In this document: one piece after another, positions 51,700 to 63,300 of the stretch | Numbering within the stretch: position 1 is the first letter of the stretch | How the letters are laid out: each line of letters begins with the position of its first letter | Assembly: GCF_030684315.1 (NCBI RefSeq) | Contig: NC_081365.1 | Coordinates: 46,795,205 to 46,859,204 of the forward strand | Reading direction: 5' to 3' | DNA length: 64,000 nucleotides | Source: Stegostoma tigrinum | Lineage: Eukaryota | Position numbers and translations under genes: made by a program | The notes under the pieces: model-generated | The model's database searches: none | What the model was told of the DNA's origin: nothing | What the model saw: only the letters and a program-made list of their open reading frames with translations

Positions 51700-52070
51700 T
51701 ATGAGCGTATTGAAAGAATGGATTTACAACCATGGTTCCAAGGATGAGAACCTTTAGTCATGAAGACAGATTGAAGAAGATAGTTCTGTCTCTTTGGAGA
51801 AAAGAAGGCTAAGAGGAAATTTGATCGAGGTTTTAACAAACATGAGTAGAATTGATAGAATAGATGGGGAGAAACTGTTCCCACTTGTGAAAAGACCAAG
51901 AACTAGACGACACAGATTTAAAGTGATTTGCAAAAGAAGCAAACATGACACAAAAGAAAAGTTTTCAAACAGTATGTTGTTAGGTTTGTGCAATGCACTG
52001 CCTGGAAATTTAGTGAAGGTAGCTTTAACAGAGGCAGTTAAGAGGGTTTTCGATGGTTATTTGTCTGGGA
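51700..52070 (+). mobile_element. CR1-like LINE 3' region
   Basis: LEKRRLRGNLIEV...DRIDGEKLFPLV...RTRRHRFKV...CNALPG. Confidence 0.85.
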
Positions 52071-52088
52071 AGTAAGGAAGGAAGTAGT

Positions 52089-52256
52089 GATAGCAAGTAT
52101 GGAGATGGAGAAGCACAACAGGCCAGACAGCAGCAGAGGAGCAGGAAAGTCCCGAGTCAAAATATCAACTTCTCTGATGCTGCCTGGCCTGCTGTGCTTC
52201 TCCAGCTCCATACTGTGTCATGTCTGACTCCAGCATCTGCAGTTCTCTCTATCTCT
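52089..52256. mobile_element. Mini hairpin of inverted PLE termini
   Basis: agtatggagatggagaagcacaacaggccagacagcagcagag mirrors ctctgatgctgcctggcctgctgtgcttctccagctccatact; TSD-like gtaaggaaggaagtagt / gtaggaaggaggtagt. Confidence 0.8.
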
Positions 52257-52389
52257 GTAGGAAGGAGGTAGTTTTGTTTTGCTGTCCCTATGTGTAGTTT
52301 CCCCACACCTCCAACACAAGTGTCAACACCAGACTGTATGAGAACAGGTCGCCAAACATTTTTCATTAGCTAGAGCCATTTAACCCTCA

Positions 52390-52407
52390 GCAGACTAGGT
52401 GGCGCAT
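52390..52407 (+). promoter_or_regulatory. Putative CTCF motif
   Basis: gcagactaggtggcgcat with a retained CpG in CpG-poor surroundings. Confidence 0.35.
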
Positions 52408-54259
52408 GTTGTTTCACTGCATTATTATGTGCTTCCCATTTGAAAAGCACTGTAATGCAAATGAACAAATGCACAAGCCTGGGCAATTTTAAGGTTGAAT
52501 GCTTTTAAAGGAAAGACTCCTATGATGGATCACTGCATTAAAACACACATTGGCATTACAATGCCTAATAAAAGACGTTTCTAAGCTGTGAAAAATACCA
52601 TACATTTGCTAGCCTGTGATTGGAAGTATAACTGTCAAGAGATGATATGGATTCTCCTTATAGGGACCATCATTCACTGATTGTTCATTCCCATGATTGA
52701 ATTTCCCTGAGCATTTTGTGGATTTTAGGGAGAACTTGCCATTTCCTACTTTGGGTGCTGCTCAGCAGCTTTACATTTTTTTCCCTTCATGAACTCTGAC
52801 CAGATGTGCTCTTATTGGGCTTCCAAAACCCTGTGTCACCTGATAAAAAATGATATGTAGGAGGAAATCTAATATGTATCCCTGATTTAAAATGGGGAAA
52901 TTGATCTCAGTGGGGATTGGCCTGAGCCCAAAAGAAAAATAGCATGTAATTAGTAATGAGGAAGACTTTTGAATTTCCTCTGGAGGAATCAAAAAGTGTG
53001 GGGAATTGGACATTGATGCGGATCTCCAGATTCAGCCTCAAGCTTTCACATGGATTTCACCTGCATGTATCAAAGTTATAACCACAGCGTCATGAATGGA
53101 TACTGAGAGGATACTTCTATCATTATAGCAGTTAGCACAATACCATGTTGTGATAAGAGTGTACTAGCTGCTTGCTGTGTTCGCCTCTTGGGCTGCACAG
53201 CATCCAAGAAATCTTTAATGCATGATCAGATATCTAGGTCTACAACTCATGACATTCTAACATAAATATATGACATTTATCCATATTTATTTCTTCTACA
53301 GTCAGAATGTGAAAAAATGCACTTTTGCAGATAGCCATTTTGTAAAATTTTGGGGTTCACCTTTGTTTAAGTTTTATAACTGAACCTAATTACAATAATA
53401 AACAGAATATGAAGGATCCCATCTGGAAGCCTACTAGCCCTGATTGGTTAAAAACACATTTAAGATGCAAATAGATTTTAACAAATTTTACAGAGGTTAA
53501 GTTCACGCTAAGCACAGAAGTAATAATACTTGATATAAGCTGCAGCCTTCGGTCAATCCACTTCAGGTATCAATTCATGAAATTTGATGACTGGGCAAAG
53601 TTCTTTTGTTTCAGTTTACAGAATAAAATTGATCTGGTCTTTGATTTTCCTTTGTTGTGCACTGTACCACGAACGCACAGGCCTGATAATCCTTGCTAGG
53701 CACAGAGCCTATGCATGATCAAAGGCATTTTGAAATGCAAGTGTCTTATTAGTCAATGAACAGTTCATGGTTAATCTTGGTTTGGCTAAACAATGAGCCC
53801 AGTTCCTGAATGGGTTGTTTAAAATTAGTAGTCAGCTTAATGGCATCACTTCTTACTGTCACCCGATTCATTCTTTGGCAGTTTATGATATCACCTTTTT
53901 GTTACAGCCTATCTCTCCTAATTTACCAACTCCATAAATCTTTATGAAGATAAGGAGACACCAATGAGCAATTTATGCATTTGCTTACAGCATGTGCTGT
54001 AACTCCCTAGTTATTAATTATCATCCAATGATTCATCGACGAAAGATCAAAACAATTGGAAAACTACAAAACTTACTACAGAGCACAACTCTGAAGTAAT
54101 AAGCATACATTTATACACACATACATCCACAGGCCTGTTACAAAGCTGATTCAGTTTATAACATAGCTATAATTTTGAGTGACAACCTTTGTCCTCAAGC
54201 ATTTTCATATGCAAGCCTTAGTTTACCAAAGCTGAGCCATAAAACAGCAATACAAAGAA

Positions 54260-54432
54260 GATAACAGCACAGGAAAAGGCCCTTCAGCCCTCCAAGCCTG
54301 TGCCGATCGAAATCCTCTGTCTAAACCTGTCATCTATTTTCTAAGGGTCTGTATCCATTTGCTCCCTGCCCATCCATGTACCTGTCTATATATATCTTAA
54401 AAGACACTATCGTGTTTGCATCTACCACCTTA
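54260..54432 (-). mobile_element. CR1-like 3' end
   Basis: acagcacaggaaaaggcccttcagccctccaagcctgtgccg. Confidence 0.7.
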
Positions 54433-55357
54433 GCATGTCTCTGAGGCATGTCTCTCCCCACGCTCCAAAAATAAAGCTTAACAAACAAAGTTGATCAATT
54501 TAAACAATACAACTGAATTCCTCACTTAATCAAGTCAAAAGGCCTTTTTCTTTTAAAAGCCTAACTCAATCCCAAAGTTGCCAAACGAAAATGAATGGCT
54601 CTGAACCATCAGCCCTGGTTAGCATACAGCTTGCATGTTAGCAGATTTATTATCAAAAGGAAATTATTAGCATCACCAACCACAAACCTAGTGAAATAAT
54701 TGTGATTTCACAAGATAAAACTCAGCCATTATTTCTATTTTATACTACAATTCATTGTAAAGTAATGCAACTACTTTTTTATGCCACTTTTTATATCTTG
54801 AGATTTGTACCTAGATACTTTGTACCTAAGATGGTGCCTTAGGAGGCAACATTTTGGGCTTTTCAATGCAATCCTGTACCTCTGCACACAAGTACAAGTG
54901 ACATTAATGGATATTCTAATTCTAATTAAGGAAAGTGCAATGCGTCTAGGGAAGGAATCTGAGAACAAGGGCCTTACCAATGGTTGGGTAGAGGAAAGAG
55001 ATGCACAAATGACAAGATGTAGAAATGGAGAGTCATTGGCTGAGATTTTTAAAACATAAAAGGACAACTTAGGTAAAGAAGGGGTTTGATTACAAGAGTG
55101 AGAATTTAAATTTAAGGTCTTTGAGCTTGTGACATCATTAAATGGAACCCATATGTAAATTAGGCTGAGTAGAGAGAGTCTTGGATGAGCTAAAATTGAT
55201 GGACAATGCAAAGTCAACCAGAAAATATTTGGCAAAGTGGGATCTGAAGATGATTAAAATAAGTGGTGGTTTCTCTGGTAAATGGCCTGAACCAGTAAAG
55301 AGATCAATGATATTATGAAGAGCAGAGAGACTGGAAATAGAACATGATAACAAGGTA

Positions 55358-55850
55358 AGTCATAAAGCTGTATAGCTTAGAAATAGACCCTTCAGTCCAA
55401 CTCATCCATGCCAACCAGATGTCTTAAATTAACCTAGTTCTATTTGCAAGCATTTGGCCCATATCCTGCTAAACTTCCTCCTCATTTACCCATCCAGCTG
55501 CCTTTTAAATGTTATAATTGTACACACCTCCACGACTTTTTCTGTCAGCTTCTTGTTTTTCTTTTACACACACACAATGTTATAGTTTATAAAATCTTTC
55601 CCCTTTCATCTTAAACCTATGCCATCTAGTTTTGGACTCCCATCACCTGGGGGAAGAAAAACCTTCGGCTATTCACTTTATCTATGCGGCTAATGACTTT
55701 ATAAACTTCTATAAGGTCACCACTCAGCCTCCAACACCCCAGTGAAAATAAAGCCCCGGTTTGTTCAGTCTCTCTCTGGAACTCAATCTCTAGTCCTAGC
55801 AAAATCCTTGAAAATCATTTCTCCACCCTCTTCCCAGTTTGGCATCCTGT
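55358..55850 (-). mobile_element. CR1-like 3' end
   Basis: gaaatagacccttcagtccaactcatccatgccaacc...aaacttctataaggtcaccactcagcctcc. Confidence 0.75.
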
Positions 55851-56768
55851 GATAATGTCAATCTAGAAGTAATCACCAGTGTCTTGCAGCTGCTGGAATT
55901 ACTTTTAATTCATTTTATGTTCGTCTAAATTAATTCACTCACAGCAAAGCAAGACGCACCTGTGAGGCTTCAATTGACTGCTGCTCACAGGTTTCATGTA
56001 CTAAGGTTAGATCAAAACCGTCAATTGAAGCCAATTTAAAAAGTAAGGCAAGAGCATATTAAATCAATCAGTTGAAGAATGTCACATTTCCCGACATCTC
56101 ACACCTCTTATGAGGGTGGAGAATGGTTGCGAATTGATAATACTGCGTAAATGCTCTGATTACTGGAAGATTTTAACATTCCAGTTTATGCTAATGTGTT
56201 TATTCACGAACTTGAACAACATCTCACCCAAATAAAACTGGGATTTTTTGTGTGTGTGTGTGTATAAACTTGCCGCTCATTTAAGTAGATCTGACAGGTT
56301 TTACTCCCATGTGACAGAAGAGGTGTGCTGATCTATTGTGATTATTGGGGGTGCTAGCAGGGAGATTGGTGTATGTGAGAGGAAGAAATTACTGGTGAAA
56401 ACATTAACTAATGAGAAAAAAGCTGAAGTTTGCAGCATGAAGCTGGGAATGTAGCAAGTGAGTTGTGATAACTGAAACAGGCTGTCAGGAAGTTATAATA
56501 AATGGTTTAGATGAAATTTTTGTGTTCGGCAAGCAAGGCAATGTATCACTCGACCATCAGCGTTTCATTGCAAAAATGACTAACTGCACAGGACTACTTT
56601 CACAGCACAATGTTAGCTGATCTTGATCATTTTATAGGAGGTATTATAAATTTCTTAAACACGAACTACTTGAGTACATGAAGTTAAAACTCCATCGTCT
56701 GCTTTGGCAGCATGATATGAGCAAATCTATAATCTGTTGCCCAGTGCAAACAGACAGATATACTTCAC

Positions 56769-57010
56769 AGAGATAGCGGGAAATACTGATGCTGAAGAAT
56801 CTGAGATAACACGGTGAAGAGCTGGATGAACACAGCAGGCCAAGCAGCATCAGAGGAACAGGAAAGCTGATGTTTCGGGTCTGGACCCTTCTTCGGAAAA
56901 ATGACCATTTCTGAAGAAGGGCCCAGACCTGAAGCTTCAGCTTTCTTGCTCCTCTGATGCTGCTTGGCCTGCTGTGTTCATCCAGCTCTTCACCGTGTTA
57001 TCTTGGATTT
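56769..57010. mobile_element. Mini hairpin of inverted PLE termini, each arm with a hammerhead-like motif
   Basis: 56805-56899 mirrors 56908-57003 around a ~8-nt spacer; tail on the left arm only. Confidence 0.9.
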
Positions 57011-58419
57011 GTGATAGTTGATTTTCTGAAAGGAGCAGGTTTCAAAGTAGTTAGGTATTGCAGTCTTGCCATCAATGCTAGGTGGAGTAAAAATAAAGGG
57101 GACATTTTAGGTTAGCTTTTCAGTGTGACAGTTTGGGGTCTAAATTTAAGAAAATAAAGGCCATATTTTCTATTACAATAAGTGTTGGAAGTATATTTGA
57201 GTTGTAAGGCAAATCACTTCAAATCAGTACTTTTTTGATTTATTGACAGTCAATACAAATCTACTCCAAAACCATAGCGACACTCATTTACTTTCTATTG
57301 TCTATTTCATTAATTTTTGCATTCAGGCCAATGTGAGACAGTAATTTTGACAAATCAAAAATTGTTGTAGATTACACTTGGTTTATATGCTTAATTGTAT
57401 GACATGATCATTGGAGTAAAGAGAAAAAGCTACAGTATTGGAGAAAAAAGGTCATACATGCTGATGTGCAATGCAGGATGCATATCAATACTTGCTGAAC
57501 TCACACTGGGCATTTCCTGGTTACCATTCGCTGATTTTGCTTCTCTCTCTCTTCCCAACATTTTTATTAAAACTTAGTCAAAGGTACTTTGAAAGGCTAG
57601 GTGTATTCCTTCATGGTGCATTCCACTGTCATTCCCTTAAAAGTTGTAGAATGTCATCAGTTTACTGCAGTGAAATCCACATCGCTATGTTACTTACAAG
57701 TTTCCATTCCACTTAGAATGGTAACAGTTTAGTAGGACAAAACACATTTGTATTAATATTCTACATGCTCTCATGAAAATATCTAACTTCAACAGTACAA
57801 AATGTGTGCTTAAAATTAAAATTCATTAATAAAAGATATAGTTGATAGCGCTTTGACAAAATATGCAAACAAGCAGGTGGTTGGTTCTCTTTAAAATATT
57901 AATAATATAAAGGTGTAGGTTGAGCTATGAATTCCAGTTCACTCATTGAAGTCTGGAAAGGTAGTTCATAAAAACGGTTGTCAGGATAAAGAAAGTTGCC
58001 TCTTGATTGTTCAAAATATGCATATGAGAACCGTATTTGCAATTATTTTAGTTGAGTTTAATTGTGCTTAAATATATGCATTTCAAAAATAACCACGTGG
58101 CTGATTTTAATTTTTGAGACAACAGAAGTGAATTTATTTTCCAACTATTTCAACGTACTGTCCAGTCAAATATGTATACATTATTCCATTCCCTAATCTA
58201 ATGTGTCATAATACATTGCAAAAGAAAAAGAATAGTGTGTCCTATTATCCTGTATGAACGCTGGTACAACACATTGAATGCGACTGAATCATTTTGGCAT
58301 ACCATATGCTTTTTAATGAACATCCTAGCATGTTTATTTCAGGAAAGCAGTTGACTGTTCTCCATAATTATCAGTTACATGATTTGAATTTTTGACAGCC
58401 ACTGCCATCGATGTGAATG

Positions 58420-58997
58420 TGATGTGGAGGTGCCAGTGTTGGACTGGGGTGGACAAGGTCAGAAGTCACACAAAACCAGATTATAGCTGAACAGATTTAT
58501 TTGAAATCACAAGCTTTGGGAGTGCTGCTCCATTATCAGGTGAAGGGGCATCTTCCACAAGATGTCAGCTGTGAGTACAATGAGGCAACCAATAAACCAG
58601 AAGAGTGATCCGACCAAAGAAGAAAAAATTGAGTTGGCCCCTTTCAGACCTAGGCTCACCATGTATGGTTAAGCCTTCAGGAGACACATTGATGCCAGAT
58701 TCATCAACTGTGCTCACAAGGTAGTGCAGAGCATCACCCAGGCACAAGGCAATGCCAACCATGGTCCCAAGACCAACCACAACATTATCATCAAATCAGC
58801 AGACAAAGGAGGAGCCATTGTCATACGGAATGTAATGACTACTGCAGAGAAGCATACCGACAATTGAACAACCAGAAACACTACAGACATCTACCTGGCA
58901 ATCTGACCAAAGAACACACCTTCACCTGACAAAGGAGGAACACTCTGAAAACTTGTGATTTCAAACAAAGCTACTGGTATTTTGTGACTTCTAACAA
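58420..58997. mobile_element. Internally deleted PLE (second Neptune family), inverted termini enclosing an N-terminal ORF relic
   Basis: 58420-58544 is the reverse terminus with tail; 58770-58918 encodes KTNHNIIIKSADKGGAIVI...YCREAYRQLNNQKHYRHL; 58921-58997 is a tail-less forward terminus. Confidence 0.82.
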
Positions 58998-59299
58998 CAT
59001 CAATAGATATTGACATGGAAAGGTAAGACTGTAGGGGCTGGGGCAGCAGGGAACTCGGAACACTGTGGATGTTCAGGGTTCCCTTAATGCTTCCCACCTC
59101 TTTTAGACATATTTTGGATTAGTAGAGATAAAAGATAAGTTGAGGACCTACTTAGCTGTAGTCAGCACACATATACCCTGAACATTCCTACCTTACCTCA
59201 ACAGCTGCCATTGCTCCATCCCTTCCACTGCTCACACAATTGGCTTCCAATGGAGGCTACAAGTCCGATTCATAATATTAAAATGAAGTTAACCCAGGA

Positions 59300-59670
59300 A
59301 ATAAGATTGGGGACGCATAGACGTAGAAAGGTTGTTTCCTTTTGTGATAGATGTGGAAGGGTCATTTCCCCTTGTGGTATAATCTAGGACAGAAGGCATT
59401 ATCCCAGATTAAAGGATCACCCATTTAAAATAGAGATGTGGAGGAATTTCTTGTCTGAAGGTAGCAAATTTGTGGAATTCTTCAGTGCAGAGAATTGTCA
59501 AATTGAGGTCATTAAGTATATTGAAAACTGAGATAGACAGATTTTTAATCAGTATTGGAATTGAGGATTATGGGGAAAAGGCATTGAGGATTCTCAGATC
59601 AGCCTTGATCCCATGGAATGTCAGAACAGACTCAATGGGCTGAATGACTTGTTTCTGCTCCAACATCCTT
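59300..59670 (+). mobile_element. CR1-like 3' end
   Basis: gagatgtggaggaatttc...gtggaattc...gatcagccttgatcc...gactcaatgggctgaatgacttgtttctgctcc. Confidence 0.8.
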
Positions 59671-59802
59671 TGGGAGGCAGAAATTTAGCCCCAGTAGACT
59701 CTCAGTCATGACCTGATTTATACAAAGTGACCTCCAGCTCACTCACACCATTTAAAGAATCAGTATCAGCACAAGCTTCAAAAAAGGCTGGGTTGTTTTG
59801 GT

Positions 59803-59968
59803 GATAACAAAATGTATAGCTGGATGTACACAGCAGGCCAAGGAGCATCAGAAGAGCAGCAAAGCTGATGTTTAGAGTCTGGACCCTTCTTCAGAAAATT
59901 TTTGGGTTCATCCAGCTCTACACATTGTTATCTCAGATCCTCCAGCATCGGCAGTTCCCACTATCTCT
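59803..59968. mobile_element. Mini hairpin of inverted PLE termini, 16-bp TSD
   Basis: ctgggttgttttggtg 59788-59803 vs ctggattgttttggtg 59967-59982; tail on the right arm only. Confidence 0.88.
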
Positions 59969-60527
59969 GGATTGTTTTGGTGGTTTGTTAACAGAAACTA
60001 GTTGCTCTTCAAGGCTCAAGGATAAACAGTAATTCAGTTTTTCTTGGACATGTACTGATTCTAGAGTTTCAGGTTAATAACAGATTTATGCACAGTAGTT
60101 ACCTGTTCTTAAGTTTAAAGTTTGCAGTGAGAAAGCCATATTGAATTCAAAATTTACAAAGTGTTAGAAGAGATAAGGACGAAAGGTAGTATTCAATGTT
60201 CTGCCGCTCAAGTGAATGAAATTGTTCATTGGTTCCTGAGTCTCTTTGTTCTTCAGGGAAGACTTCAAAGATCAAATGTTAGTCGGAACATTCACATCAA
60301 ATCCCTGTTAGAGTCGGCATTAAAATAAGAATGATTAATTGCCTCTAAAGTATTTTGTTTTAATCTCTAAAAACGATGTACATCAAATTAAGAAAGAAAT
60401 GAATCATGCCTTGGACCATGAGGGAAAACTGATTTTCTGCTGACTGGCCCTGGGATTTGTTTTAATTTCAGATGATTTAGTATATTGGAAATTGTGTTGT
60501 GCATTTTGTTAAATTAAGTATTTACAG

Positions 60528-62930
60528 ATGACCATGAAGCCATTATCAATTGTCGGGCTGTCCTTCAGGAAAGGAAGTCTGTCATCTTCGCCTAGTCTGG
60601 CTTGCATGTGAGTTCAGACACACAGCAATGTGGTTGACTGTCAACTACCCTCTGACTTGGCCTCGCAAGCCACTCATATGTATCGGTCATGACAAATTCT
60701 CAACATAAAAATGAAACTGGACGGACCACCTGCCACTGACATAGACACCAGAAAATACGGCAGGAGAAACAGCCTGCAAAGCCCCTTTTAGTTGCACCTA
60801 GAGACTTATGCTGAAATTGGGTGAGCCATCTTACCGACCAGTCAAGCAACAACATGATATGGATGTACTCATGGAATCATACCATATAGGCAATGTTTCA
60901 GATACCACCCTCACCATCAGTTTTATCCTACTGGCAGAACAGACCCGGCAGAGTTGGTGGCACAGTGGTATACAGACAAGTGGGAGCTGCCCTGGGAATC
61001 CTCAACATTGATTCTGGATTCAATGAAGCCTCATGGCTTCAGGTTAAACATGGGCAAGGAAGCTTCCTACTGCTTACCATGTACTGTCCTCCCTCAGCTG
61101 ATGAATCAGTACTCCTGTATGTTATAACATTTAGAGGGTGGAAAGGGCACAAAATGTAGTCTGGATGGGGATTTCAATGTTTACTATAAAGAGTGGATCA
61201 GTACTACTGATGGAACAAAAACAAAGTTGCTGGAAAAGCTCAGCAGGTCTGACAGCATCTGTGGAGGAGAAAGCAGAGTTAACATTTCGGGTCCAGTTCC
61301 GAGGAAGGGACACCGGACCCGAAACGTTAACTCTGCTTTCTCCTCCACAGATGCTGCCAGACCTGCTGAGCTTTTCCAGTAACTTTATCTTTGTTCCTGA
61401 TTTACAGCATCCACATTTCTTTTGGTTTTTATTTAGTAATACTGAGGGAGCTGGTTGGGTCCTAAAGAACAGGCTAGACTGCATCTGAGGCAGGTGGTGA
61501 GGGAACTAACAAGAAGGAAAAACATAGTTGACCTCATCCTTCCCATTAGCCAGATTCAGAAGCATTTGTCCAAGACAATATTGGTAAGAGTGATTGCTGC
61601 ACAGTCCTTGTGGAGACAAAGTCCTGCCATCACATTTAAGAATACCCTCCACCACATTGTGAGCTAAATGGGACAGATTTCAAACAGATCTAGCAATGCA
61701 AGATTGGGCATCCATGAGGTACTGTGGGGCATCAACTGCAGCAGAACTGTGCTCCAGCACAATCTGCAACCATACAGCCCAGCGTGTCCTCCATTCAACC
61801 TTTTATTGTCAAGTGAGGGGATCGCATCCAGTTGTGAATGGTCGTGGGCAATTAAACAACTCACTCGAGGAAGAGGCTCCACAAATATCCCCATTCCTAA
61901 AGCCCAACACATCAGCGTTAAAAAAAAAGCCTGAAGGCTTGGCAGCAATCCTTGGAGAAGATGATCTCATTTTGACCTCCTCCACTGGTCCCAGCATTAC
62001 AAAATACCATCTACAGTCAATTTGATTCACTCAATGTGATATCAGGAAATAGTTGGATGCACTGGATACCTTATTACAGCCTTGGATCAAACATGGACAA
62101 GAGGGTTGAACTTCAGATTCTTGGGGTAGTGTCACAGGCTAAACTAGCTGTAGCTGCTTCATTTAGTGATTTGCCAAGAGTGGGATTGTTCTTGGATGAT
62201 TGTGCAAAGTTAAGCAACATTTACAACTCCTCAGACACTGAAACAACTTTTGCAGCAGGACTTTGACAAACATCCAGGCTTGGGCTAATAAATGACAAGT
62301 AGAATATGCGCCACACAAATGTCAGACAGTGAGCATCCCAACAAGACAGAGTCCAATAATCATCCTTTGATGTTTAGTGACATCGCCATTGCTGAGTCCC
62401 ACATGATCAACTTTCTGGTGAGTGCCATTGACCAGAACGGAACTTGACCAGACATATAAATACTGTAGCTACAAGAGCTGATCAGAGGCTATAGACACTG
62501 CAAATATATCACCATAGTCTGCATGGCATTTTTCCATCATCTGCAAGGCACAACACTGATTTGACTGGATAGACACAAATGTCCAACAACACTCAAAAAG
62601 CTTGACACCATCCAGGATAAAGCAGCCTACTTCACTGGCTCCCAATTAACCATCTTCAATGGTCATTCCCTTCACAATCGATGCAAAGGCAGCCTGTGTA
62701 TCACCTACAAGATGGACAACAATAACTCACCAAAATCCTTCGAACAGCACATTTCCAAACTCACAACCTCTAACATCCAGAAGGACAGAGGCCGCAGATA
62801 TATGAAGTACTGCCACTTTCAAGTTTTCTGCCAAGCCATTTACCGCCCTGATTTGGAAATATATTGCTGTTCATTCACCATCGCTAGTCAAAATTCTGGA
62901 CTCTCTCCACAGCAGCATTATGGGCTGCTG
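60528..62930 (+). mobile_element. Degenerate CR1/L2-group LINE, interrupted by a PLE hairpin at 61212-61434
   Basis: APE-like peptides (DMDVLMESY; QNRPGRVGGTVVY; WLQVKHGQGSFLLLTMYCPPS; VWMGIS; LRQVVRELTRRKNIVDLIL), RT remnant LFLDDC, and a 3' region matching 34245-34625. Confidence 0.8.
61212..61434. mobile_element. Mini hairpin of inverted PLE termini (third Neptune family), 15-bp TSD
   Basis: 61212-61295 mirrors 61314-61398; agtactactgatgga 61200-61214 vs agtaatactgaggga 61435-61449; hammerhead-like agtt-CcGAGGA-agggacaccggaccc-GAAAC-GTT-aact at 61295-61332. Confidence 0.9.
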
Positions 62931-63084
62931 TGGGAAAACCCACATTACTCACTAGAACATAGCCTCCCAAATTTGTGGTGATCTGCATGTCACAACCTGA
63001 CAGTTCTGAAGGCTTTGCTGTTGCCATGAGTTCAGGAGAGAAGAAGGCATTCAGGAACTAATTTCTATCAAGACAATCTTGTGG

Positions 63085-63300
63085 TGTTGAGGTTGATTGG
63101 CTCGCTGGGCTGGTTTGTTGTTCCACAAACGTTTCATTACCGTGGTCAGTAATATCCTCAGTGTAGCCTCTGATGAAGCGTCGCTGTGTTTTCCCACCTG
63201 GTTTTTAAACTCTGGGGTCCATTGCAATGGATTGCCTCACTTTGGGTTTCCTTTGTAGTGGAATGTATATGGGGTCGAGTTCAATGTGTTTATTAATGGA
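63085..63300 (-). mobile_element. Poseidon-type PLE 3' end
   Basis: Homologous to 8945-9140; reverse peptide INKHIELDPIY. Confidence 0.8.
63123..63166 (-). ncRNA. Minimal hammerhead ribozyme motif
   Basis: Reverse: ctaca-CTGAGGA-t-attac-tgaccacg-gtaat-GAAAC-GTT-tgtgg; 5-bp stems I and II. Confidence 0.75.
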
